A stretch of DNA of 46,923 nucleotides from assembly GCA_040755455.1 (NCBI GenBank), contig JBFMAY010000030.1:1-46923 (forward strand). The letters run 5' to 3'. The notes under the pieces were generated by a model. The model was not told where the DNA came from. It was given only the letters and a program-made list of their open reading frames with translations, and did no database searches. The DNA comes from Thermodesulfobacteriota bacterium. Its GTDB lineage: Bacteria; Desulfobacterota; Desulfobulbia; Desulfobulbales; SURF-16. Positions 1 through 8,323 of the stretch are shown here, one piece after another (within the stretch, counting starts at the first letter, position 1; each line of letters begins with the position of its first letter). A program made the position numbers and the translations under genes.

Positions 1-1039
1 TGTTCGACGACATCTGCTCCATGGAGGAAGAGGCCTCCTCGGCCGCGGCCGCCTGCTCGGTGGCGCCCTGGGACATCTCCTGGGCGCTGGATGAAAGCTC
101 CTGACTGCCGGCCGCCACGTTATCGGCCGAGGTCTGCACCTCCATGACAACCTCTTTGAGTTTTTCCACCATGGTCTGCAAGGATTCCATCAACTCATCT
201 TCATTACTACGTTTTTTGAGTTCCACCATCAGGTTGCCCTGGGCCACCTCCTTGGCGTTGGCCGTGATGCTGCCCATGGCCTCGACCATCTTCTCCATGG
301 TGGAAAGAAGCTGCCCGATTTCGTCCTTGCTGCTTGCTGTAATTTTTATGTTCATGTCTCCTAGGGCCAGCCGGTTGGCTGCCGTCACCGCCTCATAGAG
401 GGGCCTTGTTATACTGCGGGTCAGCAGCAGGGTAAAACCGACAGCCAGCAGCACGGCGGCAACCGCCAGGGTCATGGCCAGGGTCATGGTGTTCTTGATC
501 ACCCCATCAAACTCGGCATCAGCCGCCTTTGCTTCCAGGAGCAGTGCGTCAACAATCTTTTCCAGGGGCAGCATGGCGTTTTCCGCCCTGCGGTCTGCTT
601 CCTCGTTGACCTTGAGGATCTCCGCCTCATCATTGCGATTAAGCGCGCCAAGCAGGTCCTTTTCAAGAAAAGTCAGAAGATCCTGGTATTCTTCCTTGAA
701 CTCTTCGGCGTTCTTTTTCTCCTCCGCCGTTTCCACCAGGCTCAGCAGTGTCTCAATATCCCTGGCAGCCGCTTCCTTCACTTTCGGCAGCTGCTGCTCA
801 AAGCCGCGCGCATCGCGGCTGATGATGGCATCAGCCACAACCATGGCAAGCTCATCAATTCCCATATCGATCTGCAGAACCCGAACCGATTCTTCGTTGC
901 GTTTCCCCCCCTCATCCTGCATGTGTCCCAGGAATTTCATCTTCACCATCTGAAACGTGATGACAATGCATAACACTGCGATAATTATGGTAATGCCGGC
1001 GAACAGCCTGACGCCGATTTTCATATCACTTATTCTCAT
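1..1039 (-). CDS. Methyl-accepting chemotaxis protein (TM-periplasmic helical sensor-TM-HAMP-signalling); 3' end lies beyond the window edge
   Basis: Absent from the ORF track; translated by hand from ATG at 1039 (SD GGAGG/AAGGAG upstream): MRISDMKIGVRLFAGITIIIAVLCIVITFQ... TM2 LAVAAVLLAVGFTLLLTRSITRPL, HAMP ...DEIGQLL..., methylation helix SQELSSSAQEMSQGATEQAAAAEEASSSMEQM. Confidence 0.93.
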   Translation of the reverse strand, partial: MRISDMKIGVRLFAGITIIIAVLCIVITFQMVKMKFLGHMQDEGGKRNEESVRVLQIDMGIDELAMVVADAIISRDARGFEQQLPKVKEAAARDIETLLSLVETAEEKKNAEEFKEEYQDLLTFLEKDLLGALNRNDEAEILKVNEEADRRAENAMLPLEKIVDALLLEAKAADAEFDGVIKNTMTLAMTLAVAAVLLAVGFTLLLTRSITRPLYEAVTAANRLALGDMNIKITASSKDEIGQLLSTMEKMVEAMGSITANAKEVAQGNLMVELKKRSNEDELMESLQTMVEKLKEVVMEVQTSADNVAAGSQELSSSAQEMSQGATEQAAAAEEASSSMEQMSSN

Positions 1040-1160
1040 CGCTCTCCTTCCTCCTTGTTGGATTATATTAGGGTGCAAAGAAAAAATAAAAACTCCGCGT
1101 GTCGCAATTACCGCAGCAATACCGCGGCGCAGGTCTCTTCCCTTGCCCCAGAGATATCCT

Positions 1161-1664
1161 CTACTCGTTCACCACCGCCTCCCGCTCTGTTTTGACGATG
1201 GCCTCCTTCTCACCTTCCGAAAAAACCCTGTCCATATCCAGAATTATCAGGAACAGTTCATTATGCTTGCCCATGCCCATGATGAACTCGGTATTGATGG
1301 TGGTGCCGATGCGGGGCGCCGGCTCGATCTGCTCCGGCTCCAGGTCGATGACCTCCTGCACCGAGTCGGCCAACACCCCCAGCACCATGGCCTCCTCCTC
1401 CACCACCATCTCCACCACGATGACGCAGGTATTCACCGTCTTTTCCGTGGCACTCATACCGAACTTCAAACGCAGGTCCAGCACCGGCACCACGCTGCCC
1501 CGCAGGTTGATCACCCCGCGCATGTAATCCGGGGTCTGCGGCACCTTGGTCACCGTGGTGAAATCCAGAATCTCCCGCACCTTGGCCACATCGAGTGCGA
1601 AGACCTCCTCTCCCAGCTTGAAGGTCAGATACTGGGTAGTCTCTGTTATGGCCGGAACGCTCAT
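1161..1664 (-). CDS. cheW: Chemotaxis coupling protein CheW
   Basis: QYLTFKLGEEVFALDVAKVREI, VPQTPDYMRGVINLRGSVVPVLDLR, GVLADSVQEV; sits between cheA and an MCP. Confidence 0.96.
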   Translation of the reverse strand: MSVPAITETTQYLTFKLGEEVFALDVAKVREILDFTTVTKVPQTPDYMRGVINLRGSVVPVLDLRLKFGMSATEKTVNTCVIVVEMVVEEEAMVLGVLADSVQEVIDLEPEQIEPAPRIGTTINTEFIMGMGKHNELFLIILDMDRVFSEGEKEAIVKTEREAVVNE

Positions 1665-1702
1665 TGTCTCCTCTCCTTGGTTGATGTTACGGTTGCGTAT
1701 CT

Positions 1703-3871
1703 TTAAATCATTTTTTTCAATGTCGATTGTTCATTGCTGAGGGCCAAGTAATCACCCTCCTCCACCGACCTGACCAATTGCGGAATATCGAGAATGAGGG
1801 CCACGCTGCCGTCACCCAGGATGGTGGCGCCGGACATGCCCTCCACATTTTTAAAGGCCCGGCCCAGGGACTTGATCACCGTCTGATGCTCGCCGATCAC
1901 CCGGTCCACAACGAAACCGACCCGCGTGCCGTTCACCTCGGTGATGACCACCTGCTCGATGTCTGGAACCGTGCCGGCAATACTGAATTTCTGCCGCAGC
2001 GGGATATAGGGAACGAGATGACCACGCACCGTCGCCATATTCCTGCCGTGGGAGGCCGCCACATCGGCGCGGGTCAGTTCGATGCACTCGTCCACCAGGG
2101 AAAGTGGAATGAGAAAGCGGTCTGCGCCGATCTGCACCAGCAGGCTCTCGATGATCGCCATGGTCAGCGGGATCCTGATGCTGATCACCGTGCCCAGGCC
2201 GGGACGGCAGTTGATGGCGATGCTGCCGCGCAGGGCATCAATGGCCCGTTTCACCACATCCATCCCTACCCCCCGGCCTGAAACACTGGTAACCTTACTG
2301 GCGGTGGAGAAACCGGGGGCGAAAATCAGGTTGTAAATTTCCTGGTCCGGGAGTTCGGCGCTGGGGGCGACCATGCCCTTTTCCACCGCCTTGGCCAGGA
2401 TCGCCTCCCTGTCCAGCCCGGCGCCGTCATCTTCGATGGTCAGCAGGACCCTGTCGCCGGAATGGACCGCGGCCAGCCGCACCGTTCCCTGCCGAGGCTT
2501 GCCGGCCGCCTCCCGCACCTCAGGCTTTTCAATGCCATGATCAATGCAGTTGCGGATGAGATGGACCATTGGGTCGTTCAGCCGCTCGATGACCGTTTTG
2601 TCGAGCTCGGTTTCAGCGCCATCGGTGGCCATCTCGATCTCCTTGCCCAGTTCGCCGGAGAGGTCACGCACCAGCCGCTTGAATTTATTGAAGGTGGTGC
2701 CGATGGGCAGCATGCGGATATTCAAGACATTGTCCCGCATCTCAGCGGTCAACCGTTCCACCTCTTCGGCGATGTTGATGAGTTCCGCATCCTCCCGCCC
2801 GACCGCAGTCTGCGTCATGCGGGCCTGGATGGTCACCAGTTCGCCCACCAGATTGACCAGCACATCGAGCTTTTCCGCCGGCACCCGGATGCTGGCCCCG
2901 GCCTCCTGGGCCCTGGCACGCTCCTCCTTCTGCCGGCGCTCCTGCCGCACCTCTTTCACCTGCTGCTGCTCAAGCAGGGCGGAATGGATCTGCGATGGGG
3001 CCGCCATGCCTTTTTCCACCAGCATCTCACCCAGCCTTTTCTGGTTGGCGAGGACGGCCTCAATATCTTCAACAGCCATATCACCCCGCTCCACCAGGAT
3101 CTCGCCCAGCTTCTTGTAGGCCTCATCGTCGACGTTACCGCCCCCGTCAATGGTGTCGATGCTGATCTCGCAATCATCCTCCACAAAAATGAATACATCC
3201 TTGATGGCGTCAAGGCCCGAGGTCGTCGTCAGGATCACATCCCAGAAGATATAGCAGGACTCCGGATCCAGCTCCACGAGCAACGGGACATCGCACATCT
3301 GGGCGACGATCCTGCAGTCACCCAATTGCCGCAACTCGTTCAGCAGGGCAACCGGGTTGGTGCCGTTGGCAAAGATATTGCGGGCCGGCCTGAAGCGAAT
3401 GCGAAAGGTAACAGGATCTTCAACCGGAGGTGGCCCGGACGGGGAGGGCTGCGGCATGGCTGTCTCCGCCGGCGGGGCCGCAGCCTGCTCCTCGTTCAGC
3501 AGCTCCTTGAATCCGGCGATCAGCTGCGCGGTGAGGGCGGCATCCACCGCCCCTTCCTTTCCCGCGCCGTCGAGCATGGCCTTGATCTGATCACGGGCTG
3601 CCAGCGTCAGGTTGATCATCTTCCGGCTGACGGTAAGTTTGCCGGTCCGCACCTGGTCAAAGGCGGTCTCCACCTGATGGGTGAAGGCGGCAATATCATC
3701 AAAACCAAACATGGCCCCGGACCCCTTGATGGTATGCATGGCCCGGAACACCCGGCTGATCAGCTCAGGGTCATCAGGTCTGTCCTCCAGTTCAAGCAGG
3801 GAATTTTCCAGCTCCGTCAGGAGCTCATAGGCCTCTTCCTTGAATGTATCCGCGTATTGATTGTCCATCAT
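1703..3871 (-). CDS. cheA: Chemotaxis histidine kinase CheA
   Basis: Hpt FRAMHTIKGSG, dimerisation LVNLVGELV, HLIRNCIDHGIE, IEDDGAG, GFSTASKVTSVSGRGVGMDVV, C-terminal CheW-like domain. Start moved to MMDNQ (3871), which overlaps the cheY stop as ATGA. Confidence 0.97.
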   Translation of the reverse strand: MMDNQYADTFKEEAYELLTELENSLLELEDRPDDPELISRVFRAMHTIKGSGAMFGFDDIAAFTHQVETAFDQVRTGKLTVSRKMINLTLAARDQIKAMLDGAGKEGAVDAALTAQLIAGFKELLNEEQAAAPPAETAMPQPSPSGPPPVEDPVTFRIRFRPARNIFANGTNPVALLNELRQLGDCRIVAQMCDVPLLVELDPESCYIFWDVILTTTSGLDAIKDVFIFVEDDCEISIDTIDGGGNVDDEAYKKLGEILVERGDMAVEDIEAVLANQKRLGEMLVEKGMAAPSQIHSALLEQQQVKEVRQERRQKEERARAQEAGASIRVPAEKLDVLVNLVGELVTIQARMTQTAVGREDAELINIAEEVERLTAEMRDNVLNIRMLPIGTTFNKFKRLVRDLSGELGKEIEMATDGAETELDKTVIERLNDPMVHLIRNCIDHGIEKPEVREAAGKPRQGTVRLAAVHSGDRVLLTIEDDGAGLDREAILAKAVEKGMVAPSAELPDQEIYNLIFAPGFSTASKVTSVSGRGVGMDVVKRAIDALRGSIAINCRPGLGTVISIRIPLTMAIIESLLVQIGADRFLIPLSLVDECIELTRADVAASHGRNMATVRGHLVPYIPLRQKFSIAGTVPDIEQVVITEVNGTRVGFVVDRVIGEHQTVIKSLGRAFKNVEGMSGATILGDGSVALILDIPQLVRSVEEGDYLALSNEQSTLKKMI

Positions 3872-4236
3872 CCCAGCACCTTTTTGACCACTGCCAATAG
3901 TTGTTCGGGTTTGAACGGCTTGACAATCCAACCGGTGGCCCCGGCTGCCTTGCCTTCCTGTTTTTTTGTATCCTGCGATTCAGTGGTCAGCATGATGATG
4001 GGGATAAATTTGCAGGCAGGCAGCGCCCGTGCCCCCTTAATCAGACCGATGCCGTCCAGATTGGGCATATTGAGATCGGTGATCAGCATGTCCACCTTCC
4101 GGCTGCCAAGCTGCTGCAGGGCGTCCCGTCCATCCACCGCCTGGAGCACCTCATAGCCGCTCTGTTTGAGGGTAAAAGACACCATCTGCCGGATACTGGC
4201 CGAATCATCGGCCGTCATGATCACCTTGCCCATCAT
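3868..4236 (-). CDS. cheY: Chemotaxis response regulator CheY
   Basis: Single REC domain: ADDS, ITDLNMPNLDG, MLTTES, WIVKPF; lies directly upstream of cheA. Confidence 0.94.
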   Translation of the reverse strand: MMGKVIMTADDSASIRQMVSFTLKQSGYEVLQAVDGRDALQQLGSRKVDMLITDLNMPNLDGIGLIKGARALPACKFIPIIMLTTESQDTKKQEGKAAGATGWIVKPFKPEQLLAVVKKVLG

Positions 4237-4595
4237 TCCCCTCCCTCTGCCCAGATACAGGTATGCGCCGTGTCCTGATGACAGCCGATATGCCGGTCAA
4301 AACCCGCTCCATGGGCCGCTGCCGTGATAACCTCATTGCCGGATTTCCTGACGGAAAAACGCTTATTGCCGGCAATCGCGGCCAGATGGGCGGAACAGAT
4401 AAACTGCAGGCCGACAAGATCAATGTCCGTCACCTGTGTCAGATCCAATAGCAGGGTATCGGCAGACTCCATGGCTTTCATGAGCGCGGCCTTGATATCC
4501 CCCCCGTGCTGGATGCTCATGCTGCCGGCGATGGCAACCACCCTGGCCCCGGGCTGGTCCGCCGGAATGTCCTGATGTATTGCAAACTCTTCCAT
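4233..4595 (-). CDS. STAS domain protein
   Basis: LLLDLTQVTDIDLVGLQFICSAH resembles the STAS DLxxVxxIDxxGLQ motif; 4-bp overlap with cheY. Confidence 0.85.
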   Translation of the reverse strand: MEEFAIHQDIPADQPGARVVAIAGSMSIQHGGDIKAALMKAMESADTLLLDLTQVTDIDLVGLQFICSAHLAAIAGNKRFSVRKSGNEVITAAAHGAGFDRHIGCHQDTAHTCIWAEGGE

Positions 4596-4616
4596 ATTCT
4601 TACCCTCTCATGTTAT

Positions 4617-4747
4617 TTAGACTATTAGACTGTAGTCTGTTAGGCTAAAATCCGTTCACAAAAATAGTCGGAATTAAGGGGGGCCAAACCGGGCCTCATC
4701 TGGTAATTTTCCATCACTAACAGACTAACCCCCTACAGACTATCGAC
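4617..4747. repeat. Imperfect inverted repeat built from 7/8-mer tandem units (TTAGACTA-like)
   Basis: Left arm ttagacta-ttagactg-tagtctg-ttaggcta; right arm cactaaca-gactaacc-ccctaca-gactatc; perfect 11-bp inverted core TAGTCTGTTAG (4633-4643) / CTAACAGACTA (4717-4727). Confidence 0.75.
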
Positions 4748-4763
4748 CTGAGCAGTTAGAAAA

Positions 4764-6668
4764 TTAAAATAACTCCACATTATCCCCGAGATCGTCGCTG
4801 CCGCCCCGGGGAGCTTCCGTAACGGCCCCATGGGGCGGCTCGAGTAACGGCTGCCCGTCCGCCGCCGGTGGGCCGTTGAGCACCGCGGCATGGATATGCC
4901 GTTCACTGTGCATGGTATACCGGCTGTCGGCAGCCCGGAACTTTTCCGTTTCCTCCGCCCACTTGTCCGCCGGCAGCAGGACCTTGGCTCCTTGGGAAAT
5001 TGCGCCCAGCATGGTGTCAGCCTTGCCGATGACTGCCGCAACCTGCTGATGCACGGTAATGCCACGGACAACCTCTTCAATATCAGTAGACAATTCCTGC
5101 ACCATGGCATTGGTGCGGGTGAGTTGCTGCGCCATTTCTCCATTCATTTGCTGCAGCGAGGCAAGCATCCCCTCCACCTCCTGCCGCATCTCCCCGACCC
5201 TGGCCTCCATGGCAGCCGCCTCAGCGCTGACACTCCGGCACATGCCATCCGTAAGGGCTTTGATTTCGACCAGGATGCCGGTTACACCTTCCGCCTGCTC
5301 CCTGGCTTCCACGGATAGACGGCTGATGGCATCAGCCAGCACCCCCAAGCCCCCGCCACTGCCCCCCAAACCATCCGCCTGAATCAGAAAATTCAGGGCG
5401 ATGAGCTTGATGGCGTAGACAATATTTTCGATATCATCAACAAAGTGAAAAATCTCTCCCACCGTGGCAGTGGCGGCGGTCAAGATCCCGGACAGCTTGC
5501 GGCTGGTGGCCGCAGCGGCAGTGAGCATGGTAATGACCTCGGTCAGGTCATTGCCCATCTCCGTAAAAAAGGAGGCGCCGGCCTGGTCGGTCACGCCAAC
5601 CAGCTCCACGGTGTCATTGGACATCTCGCTTTCCTTGATCGCAATTCCCCGTAAACTGCCGATAATACACTCCACCGCGTTCAGCAGTTCCGCGGAGGCG
5701 TGACGGAGCTGGGCCGCCTGAATCTCACATACCATTCCGGTCTCCACCGCCAGATGGCCCCTGTCATCCGGATCAAGCTGCTGAAACATGCCCGGTTCAG
5801 GGAGACGACCAGCCAGTTCCTCAAGAGCTTCAGCCACATGCTCGATCTGCTGACGTACCGTATCATGGGCCTGCAGAGCAACAACCACCTGCCCCAGATT
5901 CTCCGCCACCACCGCCGAGGAGAGGGAAATAGCACCCGCCGACGATGAACAACGGTCCACGATACTGGTCAGCGTATGCAAACTCTGGCGGGTTTTTCCC
6001 AGAACGGTCTGGATCCCGTCCTGCTTCTCGGCACCCATGCTCACCACATCCGCCAGGGCGTTGCCGATGGTTATGGCCAGTTGATTTTTCTGGAGAAGAA
6101 TGGCATCGGCTTTGCCGATAACCTCGTCGGACAATACGGAGACATTTTTGGTCAGTGTCTCAAAAACCGCCGAATGTTCCCCCAGCCGGGCACTTTCAAT
6201 CTTTGCATAAACACCCAGCATCTTCAAATTTTTGTTCATGCGGGCAAAACCGGTAAGAGGCGTGGTGATCCGGTCGAGACTCAGCAGGATCAGTTCCAGC
6301 GACTGCCGTCCCGACTCTTTGCGGGCAACGGCAAGATGGCTTTCCAGATCATTGAAGATGGCGGCAAGCCCGCTCATGGCGGCCGCCCCTCTCTCACCGC
6401 CCAGACTGCTGACCAGACTGCTGATAATGGTGGTTATTTCTCCGGCCCGTTGCTGGAAATCCTGCAATCTTTCTCCGATGGCCAGGAACTCATCCTCGGT
6501 GGAGGTTGAGACACTGCCAAGCCGCGAGGAAACGAGCCGAAGCTGTTCAATCCAGACTTCATGCCCCGGAGCAGCCTTGCTGGCGGGATCCGGCGAGACA
6601 AGGGCCTTTCCCGGCGCAAGCCACGCCTGCACCGCATTCGGCAGAGTCCGCCAGGAAAAATTAACCAT
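4764..6668 (-). CDS. Cytoplasmic MCP-like coiled-coil chemotaxis protein
   Basis: No obvious TM segment; two degenerate receptor-tip segments (LKMLGVYAKIESARLG..F..L and IKLIALNFLIQADGLG...LGVLA); LQAHDTVRQQIEHV; C-terminal YTMHSER and DNVELF; first gene of the che operon. Confidence 0.8.
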   Translation of the reverse strand: MVNFSWRTLPNAVQAWLAPGKALVSPDPASKAAPGHEVWIEQLRLVSSRLGSVSTSTEDEFLAIGERLQDFQQRAGEITTIISSLVSSLGGERGAAAMSGLAAIFNDLESHLAVARKESGRQSLELILLSLDRITTPLTGFARMNKNLKMLGVYAKIESARLGEHSAVFETLTKNVSVLSDEVIGKADAILLQKNQLAITIGNALADVVSMGAEKQDGIQTVLGKTRQSLHTLTSIVDRCSSSAGAISLSSAVVAENLGQVVVALQAHDTVRQQIEHVAEALEELAGRLPEPGMFQQLDPDDRGHLAVETGMVCEIQAAQLRHASAELLNAVECIIGSLRGIAIKESEMSNDTVELVGVTDQAGASFFTEMGNDLTEVITMLTAAAATSRKLSGILTAATATVGEIFHFVDDIENIVYAIKLIALNFLIQADGLGGSGGGLGVLADAISRLSVEAREQAEGVTGILVEIKALTDGMCRSVSAEAAAMEARVGEMRQEVEGMLASLQQMNGEMAQQLTRTNAMVQELSTDIEEVVRGITVHQQVAAVIGKADTMLGAISQGAKVLLPADKWAEETEKFRAADSRYTMHSERHIHAAVLNGPPAADGQPLLEPPHGAVTEAPRGGSDDLGDNVELF

Positions 6669-7122
6669 GTATACTCCTTTGAAAGGAAACCAGAACCCGG
6701 TCTCTTTTCGTGTTATTTGGTATTAATGTGATTAAGCCGCAAAAAAATCAGCCATTTGCTCCCGGATGGTCAAACAAAAAGTTCTGGCCGCGCTGTATTT
6801 TTGTGATGTGGCCTGGGCCAGGCAGGCCGATCGTACCCGAATACGTTCTTCATGACCCGTTGCGGGATACAACGCAGCAGGTCGGACTTTTTGCAACGCA
6901 GCCAATGCTTATTGGAAAAATTCAAGGTTCGAGCTTGAGGTTTTTGGGTTGTCCTGGGTGGAAACGCCTGTCTTGGCACCTATGTCTGATTTCCCTATGG
7001 ATTGGATCACTTTTATGAATATTATCATTTTTCATTGCCGGGTGTAGAAAAAAATTTCACAAAAAAGTGGAGGGCGCGCGGCAGGGATGCCCCGGCGAAG
7101 ATCACTTTTGGGAAGGCATCGA

Positions 7123-7575
7123 TTATTGACGCAGCAAATTGGCCAGAATCAGGCCGAAAAAGGAGCCGGTGAGAGGGGACTGGTACTGCCAGCCGAGATG
7201 GGAAAAGCAGGACATACAGAGTGAAAAACGCCAGCTGCAGCCGGCAAACCAGGTGCATTCAGTGGTGGGCTGTCCGTGGTTCATGCAGCCAGGCGCCTGG
7301 GAAAAACAGCCGATCTCAAAGACCTTGCCAAGGGGATTGGCAAACACGTGACGATGGCTGCCGTTTACTTCAATCATCCGGGCCGCGGTGGTGATTTTAG
7401 CCAGGCAGAAGCGGCAGCGAAAAAATTCCCCCTGCTCGCCGTTGTCGGTTTTTTCATCGCTTTTGCTGTCTATTCTGCCATCAAGGAGCAATCCCCCCTG
7501 CTGCCTGAAAAATAAAGCGGAAGCAATACCGGCTTCTCCGATGAATTCTCCCTGCCCTGAATCGCTCCCCGACAT
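7123..7575 (-). CDS. Cereblon-family (CULT domain) protein
   Basis: Zn ligands CRFC/CMSC, HVFANPLG, TWFAGCSW...HLGWQY with three cage Trp, SFFGLI. Start chosen at MSGSDS (7575), 10 nt after the upstream gene's stop. Confidence 0.9.
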   Translation of the reverse strand: MSGSDSGQGEFIGEAGIASALFFRQQGGLLLDGRIDSKSDEKTDNGEQGEFFRCRFCLAKITTAARMIEVNGSHRHVFANPLGKVFEIGCFSQAPGCMNHGQPTTECTWFAGCSWRFSLCMSCFSHLGWQYQSPLTGSFFGLILANLLRQ

Positions 7576-7585
7576 GGCAATCCTG

Positions 7586-7807
7586 TCAGCCTCCGTGAGA
7601 AAGCGGCCACTGCTGCTCTTTTCCGTCGACAACATAACAGAACCGGTCCCAGGAGAATTCCCTGCCGCTGACCGGGCAGCGCAGTGTCACCTTTTTATCG
7701 TCAACATCGAGCACCAGCCAGTCCCCGCTGCGTCGACCGTCAACAATGTGAATCTTCTCCCCTTTGATAAAAGGATACTGCTTAAAAAGTGTTACCTTAT
7801 CAGGCAT
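7586..7807 (-). CDS. Small hypothetical protein (73 aa, beta-rich, possibly SH3/KOW-like)
   Basis: MPDKVTLFKQYPFIKGEKIHIVDGRRSGDWLVLDVDDKKVTLRCPVSGREFSWDRFCY...; SD GGGGAG before ATG 7807; operonic spacing with the cereblon gene. Confidence 0.7.
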   Translation of the reverse strand: MPDKVTLFKQYPFIKGEKIHIVDGRRSGDWLVLDVDDKKVTLRCPVSGREFSWDRFCYVVDGKEQQWPLSHGG

Positions 7808-8043
7808 GCATTCTCCCCCATGGTCATTTAAAAGCAAACCAGGACCCCACGTATTTTTCATTTTTATTATGGTATAAAACTGGAATGGAGCAAAGGAGAA
7901 ATATTTTCTCCCCGCATGTTGGTATCAAAGATGCTCAGGCTTCCTGGGAAGCCAGCTCACCGAACAGCATGTCTCTGACTTGATCTATTTTGACGAAATA
8001 ACGGTATTTTTGTGACATGGTTGCTGCTATGATCTCCGTCATG

Positions 8044-8127
8044 GGAATTCAGGAGGCAGGAGACGGAATCCAGAATGATTGATTTTATTACGTTTTTCCG
8101 GCTCCTGACTCCTGGCTTCTGAATTCT
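8044..8127. repeat. Imperfect inverted repeat made of heptamer units
   Basis: Left GGAA-TTCAGGA-GGCAGGA-GACGGAA-TCCAGAA vs reverse complement of right arm AGAA-TTCAGAA-GCCAGGA-GTCAGGA-GCCGGAA; ~20-nt AT-rich spacer. Confidence 0.8.
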
Positions 8128-8197
8128 CTGGAAACAAGCTGCGGGCTTCCTGAAAATATTTTTTAATTTCGACAAGTTACCACAACTCCGAAAGTTG

Positions 8198-8266
8198 AAT
8201 TATATAAAATGAATTGCTCTTCATTTTTTCACCTTGTTATGGCACCAGGAAAAATTATATAAAATG
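8198..8266. promoter_or_regulatory. 14-bp direct repeat AATTATATAAAATG (x2), candidate regulator sites
   Basis: Exact copies at 8198-8211 and 8253-8266 in a divergent intergenic region. Confidence 0.4.
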
Positions 8267-8323
8267 TTAGAGGATGTTGACTTTTACCACTTATTCATCC
8301 CTCACCCACATTATGGAGCAGAA

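Noticed and set aside
2462..4156. 564-aa plus-strand ORF
   Set aside because: It lies wholly antisense to cheA/cheY and has no recognisable motifs; a typical shadow ORF of GC-rich codon usage. The same applies to 16011-17153, 21284-22000 and 42425-43282
6974..6990. TGGCAC as a sigma54 -24 box (also at ~8240 and ~34411)
   Set aside because: No TTGC -12 element at the required spacing, and two of the three point away from the nearest gene start
6710..7018. Short ORFs in the che/cereblon intergenic region (6710-7018 +, 6770-6979 -)
   Set aside because: No SD, no motifs and atypical composition
6669..7122. Possible c-di-GMP/cGAMP (GEMM) riboswitch upstream of the che operon
   Set aside because: I could not find the GGCAAA...GAAA...GACGCAAA architecture on the minus strand; an Rfam/Infernal scan would be decisive
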